Source: Gemmatimonadota bacterium
GTDB lineage: Bacteria; Gemmatimonadota; Gemmatimonadetes; Gemmatimonadales; GWC2-71-9
Direction of reading: 5' to 3'
DNA length: 17,144 nt
Assembly (NCBI GenBank): GCA_036679605.1
Contig: JAZDCZ010000083.1
Coordinates: 1-17,144, forward strand
The notes below the pieces were generated by a model, which saw only the letters and a program-made list of their open reading frames with translations, did no database searches and was not told where the DNA came from. This document shows, in pieces, positions 16,795 to 17,144 of the stretch. The position numbers and the translations under genes are program-made. Each line of letters begins with the position of its first letter. The first letter of the stretch is position 1.

Positions 16795-17142
16795 TCAGCC
16801 GGCGCCAATTATTTGACTGGCCCTTTCCGTACTCTCGATCACATTCCGTATCGCTTCCCATTCGGATTGGGGAACGCTCAGGAATGCGTCAACAACTACG
16901 GGGTCGAATTGCGCCTCCCTGCCGGCCTTGATTTCGCAGCGCGCCTCTTCATAGGTCATTGCGTCCTTGTACGGCCGGGCGGACATCAGTGCATCGAACA
17001 CGTCGGCGACAGTGAAGATCCGCGCGCCGCGTGGAATATCCGTCCCGGCCAGGCCCCTGGGATAACCGGTTCCGTCGTACTTCTCGTGATGGGCGTAGAC
17101 GATTTCCTTGGCCTCGTTCAGAAAGCGAACAGGTTCAAGGAT
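16795..17142 (-). CDS. HD-GYP domain c-di-GMP phosphodiesterase, C-terminal part (5' truncated by the window)
   Basis: Manual translation from 17142: ILEPVRFLNEAKEIVYAHHEKYDGTGYPRGLAGTDIPRGARIFTVADVFDALMSARPYK...QFDPVVV. Confidence 0.93.
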   Translation of the reverse strand: MLEPVRFLNEAKEIVYAHHEKYDGTGYPRGLAGTDIPRGARIFTVADVFDALMSARPYKDAMTYEEARCEIKAGREAQFDPVVVDAFLSVPQSEWEAIRNVIESTERASQIIGAG

Positions 17143-17144
17143 TC

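Noticed and set aside
1..17144. CRISPR array or rRNA
   Set aside because: No regularly spaced repeats or rRNA-like sequence were seen; the window is almost entirely protein coding.

Overview
Bacterial accessory region; the lineage looks Planctomycetota-like, but that is only an impression. The core is a tightly packed 8-gene minus-strand operon (~11674->848): VOC-fold protein, a ~760 aa radical SAM enzyme (ArsS/arsenosugar-type domain fused behind two tandem copies of an unknown ~180 aa domain), extended SDR reductase with a C-terminal SCP2 domain, alpha/beta hydrolase, EhpF-like adenylate-forming enzyme, putative lipoprotein, CrtQ/HpnB-like GT2 glycosyltransferase and an MMPL/RND exporter. 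It reads as a candidate biosynthetic cluster for an exported glyco- or arseno-lipid. A HAMP histidine kinase and a REC-Fis response regulator are transcribed divergently from it. On the left is a decayed ISKra4-like IS with a stem-loop + T5C5 slippage site and an internal deletion. On the right are a DUF4236-TPR gene (probably leaderless), an att-like site (tmRNA/tRNA 3'-end core with arm-like repeats on both sides), a GIY-YIG-like gene interrupted by TAG, and the 3' end of an HD-GYP gene. All family calls come from motif recognition, not database searches.
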